Positions 37,007-46,859 of a stretch of 57,545 bases of DNA are shown in pieces. The DNA comes from a virus. Lineage: Duplodnaviria > Caudoviricetes. The notes beneath the pieces were generated by a model that was not told the origin of the DNA, ran no database searches, and was given only the letters and a program-made list of their open reading frames with translations. A program made the translations under genes and the position numbers. Location of the stretch: positions 1-57,545 of the IMG/VR virus record IMGVR_UViG_3300034523_000291; one strand, 5' to 3'. Each line of letters begins with the position of its first letter. Position 1 is the first letter of the stretch.

Positions 37007-37360
37007 CTAATAGCCAAGCATTTCATCCAGTTGGTCAAGTGTTTCTGTGTTCACCTTTCCATCCCTGAGTTCTTGCTCAAGCACAATTAAAAGTTCGATG
37101 GTTGCGTTAGAAAGTTCCAGGTTGGAAGGTATTTTACCTGTCGCAAACGTTGTCACCCACTCTGGGTGAGATTCTCTACAGCTTGCCGAAACGGCGTCCC
37201 GGAGTTTTTTTACGCTCTGGGTAAGATCTGCGCGGTTGGCCATGTCAGCTAGCACTCCCTTCCTTGCATTCTCGATGTTTTTCGCTGCTTGTTCACCAAA
37301 AGACAGCCCGTTACTTGGGACGCTAGATCGTTGAGTATGCGGCTTTTTCATAGAGATCAT
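37007..37360 (-). CDS. Hypothetical protein (moron in neck region)
   Basis: Opposite strand; AT-rich flanks. Confidence 0.6.
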   Translation of the reverse strand: MISMKKPHTQRSSVPSNGLSFGEQAAKNIENARKGVLADMANRADLTQSVKKLRDAVSASCRESHPEWVTTFATGKIPSNLELSNATIELLIVLEQELRDGKVNTETLDQLDEMLGY

Positions 37361-37479
37361 TTCCTTACGCGGGGGTTCTATAAGGGGTTAGCTAAATTAG
37401 CTTTACGAATTATTAGTCGAGGCGCCAGAGGCCTCAGTCTGCATGACAACCCGATTTTGTATCAGTTGCAGGTGCGATC

Positions 37480-38136
37480 GTGACGAACAAATACGCTAGC
37501 ATGAACGGTAGCTTCGCCGAGAACATTCGCGACTTCGCTGAGCGCGCCCAGGCTGGTATCGACGCGACCATCCGCGAGATTGTTATCGAGATCGGCAGCA
37601 GCGTTATCCGCATGTCACCGGTGGGCAATCCAGATATCTGGGCAGCGAACGTCGTTCACCGTCAGAGAAACACCCGGGCGGCCGACGACTACGACTTCAA
37701 GGTCGCAGTGCGCAACACGATCATCAACCTCAACGAATCAAACTTCACCAAAGCTGGCAAGCTGCGGCGCGGCGTGAAGTACGCCAAGCCCCTGACCAAG
37801 ACCGAGCGCGACCAGAACTTCAACGTGAACGGGTTAGTCGCGGGCAGGGACTACGTCGGCGGGAGGTTTCGCGGGAACTGGCAGTTTTCCATCGGCACGC
37901 CGGCGGAGGGCACGCTTGACCAAGTCGACCCGGTTGGCGGTGTGACGTTGGCCAAGCTGCGACTACAGGTCCAGGCGCTGACGGCGGGGCAAACGGCGTA
38001 CATCGTGAACAACCTGCCTTACTCTATTCCTTTGGAATATGGCCACTCCACTCAAGCTCCATCAGGAATGGTAAGAGTGACGCTTGCGAGATTCCAGCAG
38101 ATCGTCGACGAAGCCATAAGGAACAACCAGGTATGA
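37480..38136 (+). CDS. HK97 gp10-like tail completion protein
   Basis: SPVG..GRFRGNWQ..NNLPY..LEYGHS.QAP.GMVR. Confidence 0.85.
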   Translation: MTNKYASMNGSFAENIRDFAERAQAGIDATIREIVIEIGSSVIRMSPVGNPDIWAANVVHRQRNTRAADDYDFKVAVRNTIINLNESNFTKAGKLRRGVKYAKPLTKTERDQNFNVNGLVAGRDYVGGRFRGNWQFSIGTPAEGTLDQVDPVGGVTLAKLRLQVQALTAGQTAYIVNNLPYSIPLEYGHSTQAPSGMVRVTLARFQQIVDEAIRNNQV

Positions 38137-38549
38137 GCCACGCCATCATTGCATCCATTTACGAGGCCAAGCTGATTGCTTGGAGCAAGGGTAGGGCGGA
38201 GCCGGTCAAGGTTGTGTTTGAGAACGTCCAGTACGAGCCAGCCGATGGCGAGACTTATCTACGGGCATTCATGCTCCCAGGCGACACCGCAAGCAGCACG
38301 CTCGCTGGCGACCACCGCGCTTTCATCGGCGTCTACCAAGTCAGCATTGTGGCTCCGGCTAATACCGGGAAGACAAAAACGAACCCGCTTGTGGGTGAGC
38401 TGAGCGCACTGTTTCCACTGTACGCGAGAGATACGAAGGCGGGCGTCACCGTCGTCACGATGTCACCGGTAGAGCCTGGCCCTGGTATAACCGATCCACC
38501 CACGTTCACCGTACCTGTGTCGTTCGAATACCGAGCAGACACCGTTTAG
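38133..38549 (+). CDS. Tail terminator (DUF4128-like)
   Basis: Position; GVYQVSIV.P..G motif. Confidence 0.75.
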   Translation: MSHAIIASIYEAKLIAWSKGRAEPVKVVFENVQYEPADGETYLRAFMLPGDTASSTLAGDHRAFIGVYQVSIVAPANTGKTKTNPLVGELSALFPLYARDTKAGVTVVTMSPVEPGPGITDPPTFTVPVSFEYRADTV

Positions 38550-38932
38550 TCAGGATCAAACGGGCGAGTAGGCGTCCCTTGATGGAATAGCATTTGCCAA
38601 ATTCCAGCCTCAAGCTTCCAGATTGAAGATCTCCGCGCGTATTGCTTTGGTGCTCCGTCGCGGCTGGATTGGGAGGCTTCGTATACCAGTAGACAAGCGT
38701 CCTTGGATATCACGGTCAGTTTGAAATTTCGCGCCAAGATATCAACGCGAGACCTTTGAAGCGGCAAGCTTTCAACGGTATCAGCTTTTGAATAGAAGGC
38801 CCCTGAACGACCAATTTCATGGAAGTCTTTGTGCAACAGACGATTGAGTTGCTCAGGGTCATTTCGGACACTTACTTGATGCAAGCTGATCTCCATGTCT
38901 TGAAGCAGGTTGAGTAGCGAGACCTCTGTCAC
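38546..38932 (-). CDS. DUF4440/NTF2-like protein (moron)
   Basis: LLH.DF.EIGRSG..RSSIW..WQMLFHQGT. Confidence 0.85.
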   Translation of the reverse strand: MTEVSLLNLLQDMEISLHQVSVRNDPEQLNRLLHKDFHEIGRSGAFYSKADTVESLPLQRSRVDILARNFKLTVISKDACLLVYEASQSSRDGAPKQYARRSSIWKLEAGIWQMLFHQGTPTRPFDPD

Positions 38933-39052
38933 TTTGGTTTTCCCCTTTGCTCCATTCCAGATTTACCTGATTAGCACTTCCACCGCCCATAGGGCAAACC
39001 CAATAGCCCGCCTCTGTGCGGGTTTTGTCATTTCTGAAAAGAGGAAATACCC

Positions 39053-39700
39053 ATGGCCGTCTTTCTGCCGAATGGCTCTACCGTTGTCGTCGCATCCGGC
39101 TACGGCAATCCGATCGTCGTCACTGCGATCTCCAATGCTCTTGAAGCCTCGGTATCGGCGGCGGCTCACGGCCTGAAGGCTGGCGATTTTGTGGAGGTGA
39201 CGTCTGGCTGGGCCCGACTGAACAATCGCGTGCTGCGCGTGAAAACTGCTACCGCCGACGCGTTTGTCCTTGAAAAGGCAAACACTCTCAACGTAGCGCG
39301 CTATGTTGCGGGCGGCGGCGCTGGGTCTGTGCGCAAGATCACGGACTGGGTGCCCGTCAGCCAAGTGACGGAATCCGCGAAGTCCGGCGGTGATCAGCAG
39401 AACGCAACCTACTCCTTTCTTGAAGAGGATGACGAGCATCAGATCCCGACGACCAAGTCGGCGATCGCGTTCACGCTCACTCTGGCTGACGATCCCGATT
39501 TGCCTCACAACGACGTGCTGATTGAGGCAGATGACGACAAGAAGCCTCGCGCCGTGAAGGTGAACCTCGCTGCTGGCGGCTGCATCGTTTACAACGCCTA
39601 CGCCTCGTTCGACAACGTGCCGTCCCTCAACAAGAACAACATCATGACCGTCACCGCAGTGTTTGCAGTCGTCGCCAAATTCATTCGCTACGCGTCGTAA
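39053..39700 (+). CDS. Major tail tube protein
   Basis: LPNGS..ISNA..SGW..LN..GGDQQ..FLE..QIPT. Confidence 0.88.
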   Translation: MAVFLPNGSTVVVASGYGNPIVVTAISNALEASVSAAAHGLKAGDFVEVTSGWARLNNRVLRVKTATADAFVLEKANTLNVARYVAGGGAGSVRKITDWVPVSQVTESAKSGGDQQNATYSFLEEDDEHQIPTTKSAIAFTLTLADDPDLPHNDVLIEADDDKKPRAVKVNLAAGGCIVYNAYASFDNVPSLNKNNIMTVTAVFAVVAKFIRYAS

Positions 39701-39711
39701 GGGAAGGGCTC

Positions 39712-40092
39712 ATGGCTAAGTTCAAATTGATCCAGAAGCCGACCTTCAAGGCGCCGGTGATGATCCAGCGTGCCGGCTACAGCGCCGAGAAGGTGGAGTT
39801 CGAGTTCAAGTACCTGGACCGCACCGCGCTCGCCGAGCTGTACACCGGCTGGAACGAGCGGCACGACGAGCTGAGCAAACAGGTAGGAGACATGGACCTC
39901 AAGGCATTCACGGCTGCTCAGATCGATCTGCAGGCCGACCAGCTGCTTGATGTCGTCGTCGGGTGGGATATCGAGGAGAAGTTCACGCCTGAAAACGTAC
40001 GCATCCTCGTCAACTCGATCAACTCGGCCCCCAAGGCCGTGCTGAATGCCTACGCCGAAGCTTTCAACGAGGCCCGCCTGGGAAACTCCTAA
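39712..40092 (+). CDS. Tail assembly chaperone (G)
   Basis: KF.L..PTFKA.V..; ends at the slippery site. Confidence 0.85.
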   Translation: MAKFKLIQKPTFKAPVMIQRAGYSAEKVEFEFKYLDRTALAELYTGWNERHDELSKQVGDMDLKAFTAAQIDLQADQLLDVVVGWDIEEKFTPENVRILVNSINSAPKAVLNAYAEAFNEARLGNS

Positions 40093-40400
40093 GCGCTGCA
40101 CGCGCGCTCTATGAGCCGACGCTGGAGGGCACGGATGCCTTCGGATTCACCGCGGAGGACTATGGTTCAGAGGTCGGCATCTGGCCGGACAACTGGGAGG
40201 CCTTCAAGGTCTTTGAGGCCATGAGCACCCAGTGGCGCACAGGTGCGTGCGGCGTGACAGGCATGGACTACAGCGTTCTCTCCGGGGTTATTCGGATGTG
40301 TGGCGTACCGATCAGCCAGCGACAAACCATTTTCAGCGACTTTCGCCGTATGGAGGCTGAAGCCCTGCAGGTGATGGCGGAACAGAGAGAAAACAAATGA
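40080..40400 (+). CDS. Tail chaperone GT extension (DUF1799-like) via -1 frameshift at GGGAAAC
   Basis: X XXY YYZ heptamer at 40080-40086; -1 frame open (IWPDNW..TQWR..GMDY) to TGA at 40400. Confidence 0.8.
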   Translation, partial: GKLLSAARALYEPTLEGTDAFGFTAEDYGSEVGIWPDNWEAFKVFEAMSTQWRTGACGVTGMDYSVLSGVIRMCGVPISQRQTIFSDFRRMEAEALQVMAEQRENK

Positions 40401-43400
40401 GCACCAACTTCGCTTCCCTGGGTATTGCTGTCGAGTCGTCACAGGCCGCAAAGGCTGCTGATGATCTTGATAAGCTAGTCGATTCCGCTGAAGGCGCCCA
40501 GAAGGCCATTGATGACCTGGGCACAACGGGCGAAGGCCTGGTCGACACCGGTAAAAAGGTTTCCCAGGCCGAAGCGGATGTTGCGCAAAGCATCGATAAA
40601 TCAACGGCAGCGAGGGGTCGGCAAGCTGGAGCCAGTCGTAAGGCAGCTGACAGCGCAGTCGCGGAAATCTCCGTCATCAGCCAGCTAGACAAGGCTATGA
40701 CGGGCAATATTTCGAGCATGGAGTCGCTGGTTCAAGCCGAGGGTTTGCTGGAGCGCGCCCGCAAGGGCGGCTTGGTCACCATCGAAGAGCAGGCGAAATA
40801 TCAGGATCAGCTGGGAAAGGCCTACGACAAGATTGAAAAGGCAGAAGCCAAAGAGCTGGCGCAGAAGCAGAAGCTGATTGAAGCGGAAAATCGTCAGATT
40901 GAGGCGCTGAAGCGTACCGTCAACGGGATTGACCCGGTAACCGCCAAGTTGGCGAAGCTTGAGGCTCAGGAGAACGCGCTCAATAACCTGCATAAAGCTG
41001 GTCAGATCGATGCAGAGCGCTACAACGAGGCTCTGGCTAAGATCGGGAAGGACCGGTCGGGGCTTACTGAAGCCGCTAGCGCTTTCGACAAGCTGAAGCT
41101 CGGTACCCGTCAAGCTCAAGAAAACGTCATGCAGTTGGCTAACGCCATCCAGGCAGGCGATCTGGGCAGTGGGGCGCGTGCGATCGCTCAGCTGGGGGCT
41201 GGCGCCGGTGAATCGGCGAAAAGCCTGGCAGGGATGCTGATTCCGGCCGGCCTGCTGGTCGCTGTACTCGGCTCGGTTGGCTATGCCTACTTCGATGCGA
41301 TGAAGCAGGCGCGAGAGTTCAATGCTGCGATCAACGGCGGCACGAATGGCGCGGGGCAAGCTATTGCCAGCCTGAAGGATATGGCCGACGGCGTTGGGCG
41401 TGTTACCGGTAACCTGTTCGGTGCGCGAGAGGCCGTTGTTTCGCTTGCGTCTGGCGCGGCCACCAGCGGCACCCAGATGCGCAATTTGGCTGAAGCTGCA
41501 GCGGCAGTCAGCGAAGTTACCGGTCAGGGGGCGGGCGAACTCGCCAAGTCCTTTGCCACCGCTGGCGATACAGCAACTGAAGCCGCCAGCAAAATCAGCA
41601 GTCAGTACGGATTGATCACCCTCGAGCAGTACCAGGTGATCAAGGGGCTGGATGACCAGGGCGACAGCCAGCGTGCCTTGGATGTGCTCAGCGAAGATTT
41701 GAACCAGGCCGCGTTGACGCGCCTGAAGACTTATCGCGAATCGTTATCCGACGTGGAGCGCGACTGGGACAGGATCAAGAACGCCATCAAGGGCGCGTAC
41801 GCAGAAGTCCGGTCGGAGATATTCCCTGACCTGGCCAAGCAGATCGAGATCACCCAGCGTGTTCTTGATACCCGCAAGAGCGGCGGAATTGCTGGCGCCA
41901 TCTCTAACGGTCTCAGTTCCTTGAACTCGGCTCTTGGTCTGGGCACCGGTGAGCATGACGACTCAACTGAGGCGCTTGAGAAAAAACTTGCCGAGCTGAA
42001 GGCCAGACAGACTGCCAGCTCTAACCTGGCAATTGTCACCGGTGAGAACGCCGACGCTAACCAGAAGGCAATCGAGGCTCAGAAAGCGCTGGATGCGCAA
42101 CTAGACAACGTCAACCCTCTGAATAAGCGCAAAGCGGGACTGGAGAAGCTGAACAACCAGTTCAAAGCGCTTTACGAGAATGCAGAAAAGGCAGGGCAAA
42201 AGTCGCCACTGCTTGACGGTGTGAGCTACGACGGCAAAAAGTTTTCCGGTGGTGCGTACGACATTCTTTTGAAAGGCATTGAGGATAAAAACAAGGACCC
42301 GAAAACCGCCGCCACCCAAGTTGATCTGACCAGCTTCAACAACGCCAAGAACGACTTGGCGGCGATCACCGACACCTACAAAAACTACCAGAAGGAACTG
42401 GAGGCGGCCCAGAAGGCTGGCCTACTGTCTGAGGAAGACTATCTGCTGCGGCGCCAAGCGTTGATCGGGAATCAGCTCGACCAGACAACGGCAGCCTACG
42501 AAGCAGAGATTGCGGCGCTTGAGGCCGCCAAGGGCAAGAAGTCCACGTCGGCTGCGCAAAGCATCCAGCTGGACCAGAAGATCGCCGACGCGCGCGCCGG
42601 ATTGGTTAAAGCGCAGAAGGATGCCAACAGCCAGCTTGAAGTGCTCGCCACCAACGAAACCGGGCGCCTGGCAAAGCAGGAGCGGGCGATCAGCACGTAC
42701 GTGCAGGCGCTGGGGCAGCAACAGCGGGCTTTGGAACTGGCAGGCCAGCGCGCAGTGCTCGGCGTTGGGCAGGGCGATCGACAGAACGCACTCAGCGGCG
42801 AACTGAACAGCCAGCAGGACCGGTTTGCTCAGCAGTCGCTGGAGCTCGCCAATCAGAAGTCTGATCCGTCGCGCAACATGTCGGAGGAAGAGTTTAAACG
42901 GGAGTCGCAGGCGCTCGCAGACGCGAACAAGGCCGCGACGGACCAGATCCGGCAGAACTATGCGGATGTGGAGAACGCCGAGGGCGATTGGACGAAGGGC
43001 GCAACGGCAGCCTGGGATAACTACCTGGATTCGGCGCGCAACATCGCCGGGCAAACCAAAAGCCTGTTCGGCAACGCCTTCAGTTCCATGGAGGATTCCA
43101 TCGTCAACTTTGCCATGACCGGTAAGGCGTCGTTCTCGGACTTCGCCAAATCGATCCTGGCGGACATGGCGCGCATTGCGACACGGCAGGCAAGTTCGGC
43201 ACTGCTGGGCAGTCTGGTTGGCGCGGCGGCGAGTTACTTCGGTGGCAGCGCGGCCGGCGGCGGCAATGGCATGGCCGCCGGGTCTGCCGGTGCCACGTCG
43301 TCAAACCTCGGTGCCTCTTCGGCCGGCTACTCCAGCACCTACTTCCCGCAAGCCAAGGGCGGCGCGTGGTCGGGCGGTGTGCAGATGTTCGCCGATGGCG

Positions 43401-43747
43401 GTGCGTTCACGAACTCCATCGTCAGCAAGCCTACGGCTTTCGGGATGGCCAATGGCAAAACCGGCGTCATGGGTGAGGCAGGGGAGGAAGCAATCATGCC
43501 GCTGACCCGGACGTCGAGCGGCAAGCTCGGGGTTATGGCCATGGGCGGCGGCGGGACTGGCGGAACGCAGATCAATGTCGAAGTGCATATCGATGGCGAT
43601 GGCAACGCTACCTCCTCGGCTGATGCACCTGGCTATGACCTCTTCGGCAAGGAGCTGGCGACGTTCGTAGAGCAGAAGTATCAGGAGCTGCGGAGCAGGG
43701 ACATGCGCCAGGGCGGCGTCATCAACAAAGCAATTAAGGGGCGCTGA
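40397..43747 (+). CDS. Tape measure protein
   Basis: 1116 aa Ala-rich helical protein; lambda-type C-terminus; position. Confidence 0.93.
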   Translation: MSTNFASLGIAVESSQAAKAADDLDKLVDSAEGAQKAIDDLGTTGEGLVDTGKKVSQAEADVAQSIDKSTAARGRQAGASRKAADSAVAEISVISQLDKAMTGNISSMESLVQAEGLLERARKGGLVTIEEQAKYQDQLGKAYDKIEKAEAKELAQKQKLIEAENRQIEALKRTVNGIDPVTAKLAKLEAQENALNNLHKAGQIDAERYNEALAKIGKDRSGLTEAASAFDKLKLGTRQAQENVMQLANAIQAGDLGSGARAIAQLGAGAGESAKSLAGMLIPAGLLVAVLGSVGYAYFDAMKQAREFNAAINGGTNGAGQAIASLKDMADGVGRVTGNLFGAREAVVSLASGAATSGTQMRNLAEAAAAVSEVTGQGAGELAKSFATAGDTATEAASKISSQYGLITLEQYQVIKGLDDQGDSQRALDVLSEDLNQAALTRLKTYRESLSDVERDWDRIKNAIKGAYAEVRSEIFPDLAKQIEITQRVLDTRKSGGIAGAISNGLSSLNSALGLGTGEHDDSTEALEKKLAELKARQTASSNLAIVTGENADANQKAIEAQKALDAQLDNVNPLNKRKAGLEKLNNQFKALYENAEKAGQKSPLLDGVSYDGKKFSGGAYDILLKGIEDKNKDPKTAATQVDLTSFNNAKNDLAAITDTYKNYQKELEAAQKAGLLSEEDYLLRRQALIGNQLDQTTAAYEAEIAALEAAKGKKSTSAAQSIQLDQKIADARAGLVKAQKDANSQLEVLATNETGRLAKQERAISTYVQALGQQQRALELAGQRAVLGVGQGDRQNALSGELNSQQDRFAQQSLELANQKSDPSRNMSEEEFKRESQALADANKAATDQIRQNYADVENAEGDWTKGATAAWDNYLDSARNIAGQTKSLFGNAFSSMEDSIVNFAMTGKASFSDFAKSILADMARIATRQASSALLGSLVGAAASYFGGSAAGGGNGMAAGSAGATSSNLGASSAGYSSTYFPQAKGGAWSGGVQMFADGGAFTNSIVSKPTAFGMANGKTGVMGEAGEEAIMPLTRTSSGKLGVMAMGGGGTGGTQINVEVHIDGDGNATSSADAPGYDLFGKELATFVEQKYQELRSRDMRQGGVINKAIKGR

Positions 43748-44085
43748 TGGCTATTGAACGATTCAGATGGGCGACGGAGAAGGGCGCGGAGGGCGATATT
43801 GCCCAGCGCGTCCGCTCCAAGAAGTTCGGAGATGGCTACGAGCAGTCGGTCGAGGATGGTCTCAACAACCGGTCGCAATCCTGGCCGGTAACATTTACCG
43901 GCCTGAAGCCGCGCATTAAGGAAATCATGGACTTCATCGACCGACACAAAGGCTCGAAGGGCTTCCTCTGGGAGCCGCCCCTGGGTGAGCTTGGTCTCTA
44001 CAAGTGCAACGGCTACAAGCCAGTGCACCGTGGCGGCCAGGTCTACGCCATCACCGCGACCTTCCAGCAAACCTTTCATCCCTGA
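43747..44085 (+). CDS. Minor tail protein M
   Basis: FGDGYEQ..DGLN..FLW.PP. Confidence 0.9.
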   Translation: MAIERFRWATEKGAEGDIAQRVRSKKFGDGYEQSVEDGLNNRSQSWPVTFTGLKPRIKEIMDFIDRHKGSKGFLWEPPLGELGLYKCNGYKPVHRGGQVYAITATFQQTFHP

Positions 44086-44096
44086 GATAACCACCC

Positions 44097-44849
44097 ATGG
44101 CACTGATCACGGACATCCAGAAACTGGAGCCCGGCGGCGAGATTCGCCTGTTCGAAATTGATGGTACCGAGTACGGCGCCGATTACTTGCGCTTCCACGG
44201 TCACGCTATCCCGCACACGCCAGAAGAATTACTGGCCTATGAGGGCTCGGAAGAGGATCTGCCCGCCAAGTCGATTATCTGGCAGGGTCAGGAGTACGCG
44301 GCCTGGCCGGTGCAGATTGAGGGTATTTCCTCAAGCAGCGATGGCACCGCCTCTCGGCCGACTTTTGCCGCCGGCAACGTCAACGGGCGCGTCACGGCGC
44401 TGTGCCTGGCTTTCGAGGACATGCTCAAGTTCAAGCTCACAGTCCGCGAGACCCTGGCCCAGTACCTGGATGCGGCGAATTATCCGGAAGGCAATCCAAC
44501 TGCCGATCCAACCCAGGAGGCGTTGGAAATCTGGTACATCGACCAGAAAACCAGCGAGGACGGTGAGGCGGTGGTCTGGGAGCTGTCTTCCCCGGGTGAG
44601 ATCGATAATCACGGCCTGCCAGGGCGCCAAATGACGACGTTCTGCCACTGGGCCATGACCAACGGCTACCGTGGCCCGGATTGCGGCTATACCGGTGCGG
44701 CCATGTTCGACGGTGAGGATAACCCCACGGATGACCCGGCCCTGGACCAGTGCAAGGGATGCTTGTCGTCCTGCAAGTTGCGCTTCGGCGAGAACAACGA
44801 GCTCAGTTTCGGTGGATTTCCTGCAGTTTCTCTCGTGAGTAGGAGCTGA
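44097..44849 (+). CDS. Minor tail protein L
   Basis: Cys cluster C.W..YRG..C.Y..C..CKLRFG..FGGFP. Confidence 0.92.
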   Translation: MALITDIQKLEPGGEIRLFEIDGTEYGADYLRFHGHAIPHTPEELLAYEGSEEDLPAKSIIWQGQEYAAWPVQIEGISSSSDGTASRPTFAAGNVNGRVTALCLAFEDMLKFKLTVRETLAQYLDAANYPEGNPTADPTQEALEIWYIDQKTSEDGEAVVWELSSPGEIDNHGLPGRQMTTFCHWAMTNGYRGPDCGYTGAAMFDGEDNPTDDPALDQCKGCLSSCKLRFGENNELSFGGFPAVSLVSRS

Positions 44850-44851
44850 CC

Positions 44852-45616
44852 ATGCGTAAGCACATAATCGCGGCCATCCAAGCGCACGCGGCGGCGGAAT
44901 ATCCGCGTGAGTGCTGCGGCCTGCTGGTAGCCGCCGGGCGAGCACAAAAGTACTTCCCGTGCCGGAATATCGCTACGGAGCCGAACGAAGAGTTCCGGCT
45001 TGACCCAGAGGATTACGCCGCGGCGGAGGACTTGGGAGAGGTGATCGGCATCGTTCACTCACACCCGGACGCCACCAGCAGGCCGTCATCGCGTGACTTG
45101 GCCATGTGCGAGGCCACTGCATTGCCCTGGCACATCCTGTCATGGCCCGAAGGCGACATGCGAACGATCACACCGAATGGCAGGACACCGTTGCTCAATC
45201 GTCCGTTCGTACATGGTGCTTGGGACTGCTGGCAGGTCTGCGCTGACTGGTATCAGCGGGAGTGGGGGCTGGAGTTCGAAGCCTTCCAGCGCGCCGACGG
45301 CTGGTGGGAGAGAGCGGAGAACTCCAGCCTGTACGAACAGCACTACAAGGCCGCCGGCTTTGTTCGCGTCGATCGGCCGCAGCGCGGTGACATGATCGTT
45401 ATGCAGGTTGGCCGGACAGTTCACCCGAACCATGCTGGCGTTTATCTCGGCACCGATCCGTCGCTGCCTGGTGAGGATTCAGGCGTTTTCGGCCCAGGGC
45501 CGTTCATGCTGCACCATCTGTACGGCAGGCCGTCTGAAATTATCGTCTACGGCGGACCCTGGCATGACAGGACGCGCCTGATCCTCAGGCACAAAGACGC
45601 GAAACAATCAACATGA
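44852..45616 (+). CDS. Tail protein K (JAB plus NlpC/P60)
   Basis: YPRECCG, VHSHPD, DCW, NHAG. Confidence 0.92.
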   Translation: MRKHIIAAIQAHAAAEYPRECCGLLVAAGRAQKYFPCRNIATEPNEEFRLDPEDYAAAEDLGEVIGIVHSHPDATSRPSSRDLAMCEATALPWHILSWPEGDMRTITPNGRTPLLNRPFVHGAWDCWQVCADWYQREWGLEFEAFQRADGWWERAENSSLYEQHYKAAGFVRVDRPQRGDMIVMQVGRTVHPNHAGVYLGTDPSLPGEDSGVFGPGPFMLHHLYGRPSEIIVYGGPWHDRTRLILRHKDAKQST

Positions 45617-45801
45617 CGCGGCAGCGCCACCCGGTTGCCACTGGCATTCCATCCACGCTGACCGCTAGGACAGCGGGTAGACTACTTGAAGATGCGAGGG
45701 AACTTTTTCTTGCGATAATGTCAATTTGACATGTGTCTTTGCAGCTCGCCAGGGATGCCGACGATGCCGGTCGGATTTCCGGCAAACCAAGGAAGAAAAC
45801 G

Positions 45802-46227
45802 ATGAAATTGATTTTTGTAGTACTGCTGATGATTAGCGGCTACGCCTTTGCCGGCTGCGCCACCATTGGTGATTCGGACCAGCGCGCTTATTGCAGAGCT
45901 AAGGAGGGCAGTGGTACTTGCGGTTCGATCAGTAATCGGGACCTGCGTCATGCCTGCAATGCGGAAACGAACGGAGGTAGCTGCAATAGCATTGATGATC
46001 ACGATCAGCGCTATTTATGTAATGCAAGAACCAACCATGGTAGCTGCAGTTCGATCAACGATCGGGACTTGCGTCGTGCCTGCAATGCGGAAACGAACGG
46101 AGGCAGTTGTAATAGCATTGATGATCACGATCAGCGCTATTTATGTAATGCCAAAACCAATAACGGTACTTGCGGTCCAATCAACGATAGGGACTTGCGT
46201 GCGCAATGTGAAGCATTGAAACATTGA
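45802..46227 (+). CDS. Secreted Cys-rich tandem-repeat protein (moron)
   Basis: Signal peptide; six C..I...D.R..C units spaced 21 aa apart. Confidence 0.8.
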   Translation: MKLIFVVLLMISGYAFAGCATIGDSDQRAYCRAKEGSGTCGSISNRDLRHACNAETNGGSCNSIDDHDQRYLCNARTNHGSCSSINDRDLRRACNAETNGGSCNSIDDHDQRYLCNAKTNNGTCGPINDRDLRAQCEALKH

Positions 46228-46381
46228 TTGAAGATCACGAGAGCGGTCTTGGTGCACGAACAATATAAAATACGACCTCTAATACATCAGTTTTCAGCAG
46301 CGACGATGCATTGGAAAAGTCACTTTGAGAGATTTCGACGTCGGAAATGCTACAGTCCCGCCAAATCAAAGAGGGAACGAC

Positions 46382-46804
46382 ATGCGGATTTTGATAGCGG
46401 CTGTAGCGGTGGCGATGCTGGCAGGGTGTGCCTCATCGGCGATCTCGGTGCAGGATGCTAAGCCGGTGCCTTCGGATGAGATTTATGCCTTCCAGGCAAA
46501 GCCGGCCGGTGAAAGCGGGAAGATCACTGTTGTACGCGACTCCGGCGCTGTTGGCTCGGGGTGCGATATCGTGGTCTATATCGACGGGCGCAAGGCTGCG
46601 AAAATCGGTACTGGGCAACGAGCTACCTTTTATCTCCCCCCAGGCTCGCCGAATATCGCCGCCGGTCTCGCCGGATCAGGGCTTTGTGCGGGCGCTGCAA
46701 TTAGAACCATCTCTGCAACTGTCCAGTCTGGTAAGGAAAGCCTATACCGCATCAGCGGCGATATGGCCGGGTTCTACATTGGTCCCTACGTCGATTACAA
46801 CTGA
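46382..46804 (+). CDS. Lipoprotein (tail-region moron)
   Basis: Lipobox LAGC; followed by a terminator at 46819-46843. Confidence 0.8.
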   Translation: MRILIAAVAVAMLAGCASSAISVQDAKPVPSDEIYAFQAKPAGESGKITVVRDSGAVGSGCDIVVYIDGRKAAKIGTGQRATFYLPPGSPNIAAGLAGSGLCAGAAIRTISATVQSGKESLYRISGDMAGFYIGPYVDYN

Positions 46805-46859
46805 CAAACGAAAACCATAAAGCCGCCTTCGGGCGGTTTTTTTACGCCTGGAGAAATTG

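Noticed and set aside
45850-46215. Regular repeats that could suggest a CRISPR array
   Set aside because: In-frame coding repeats without unique spacers; no cas genes
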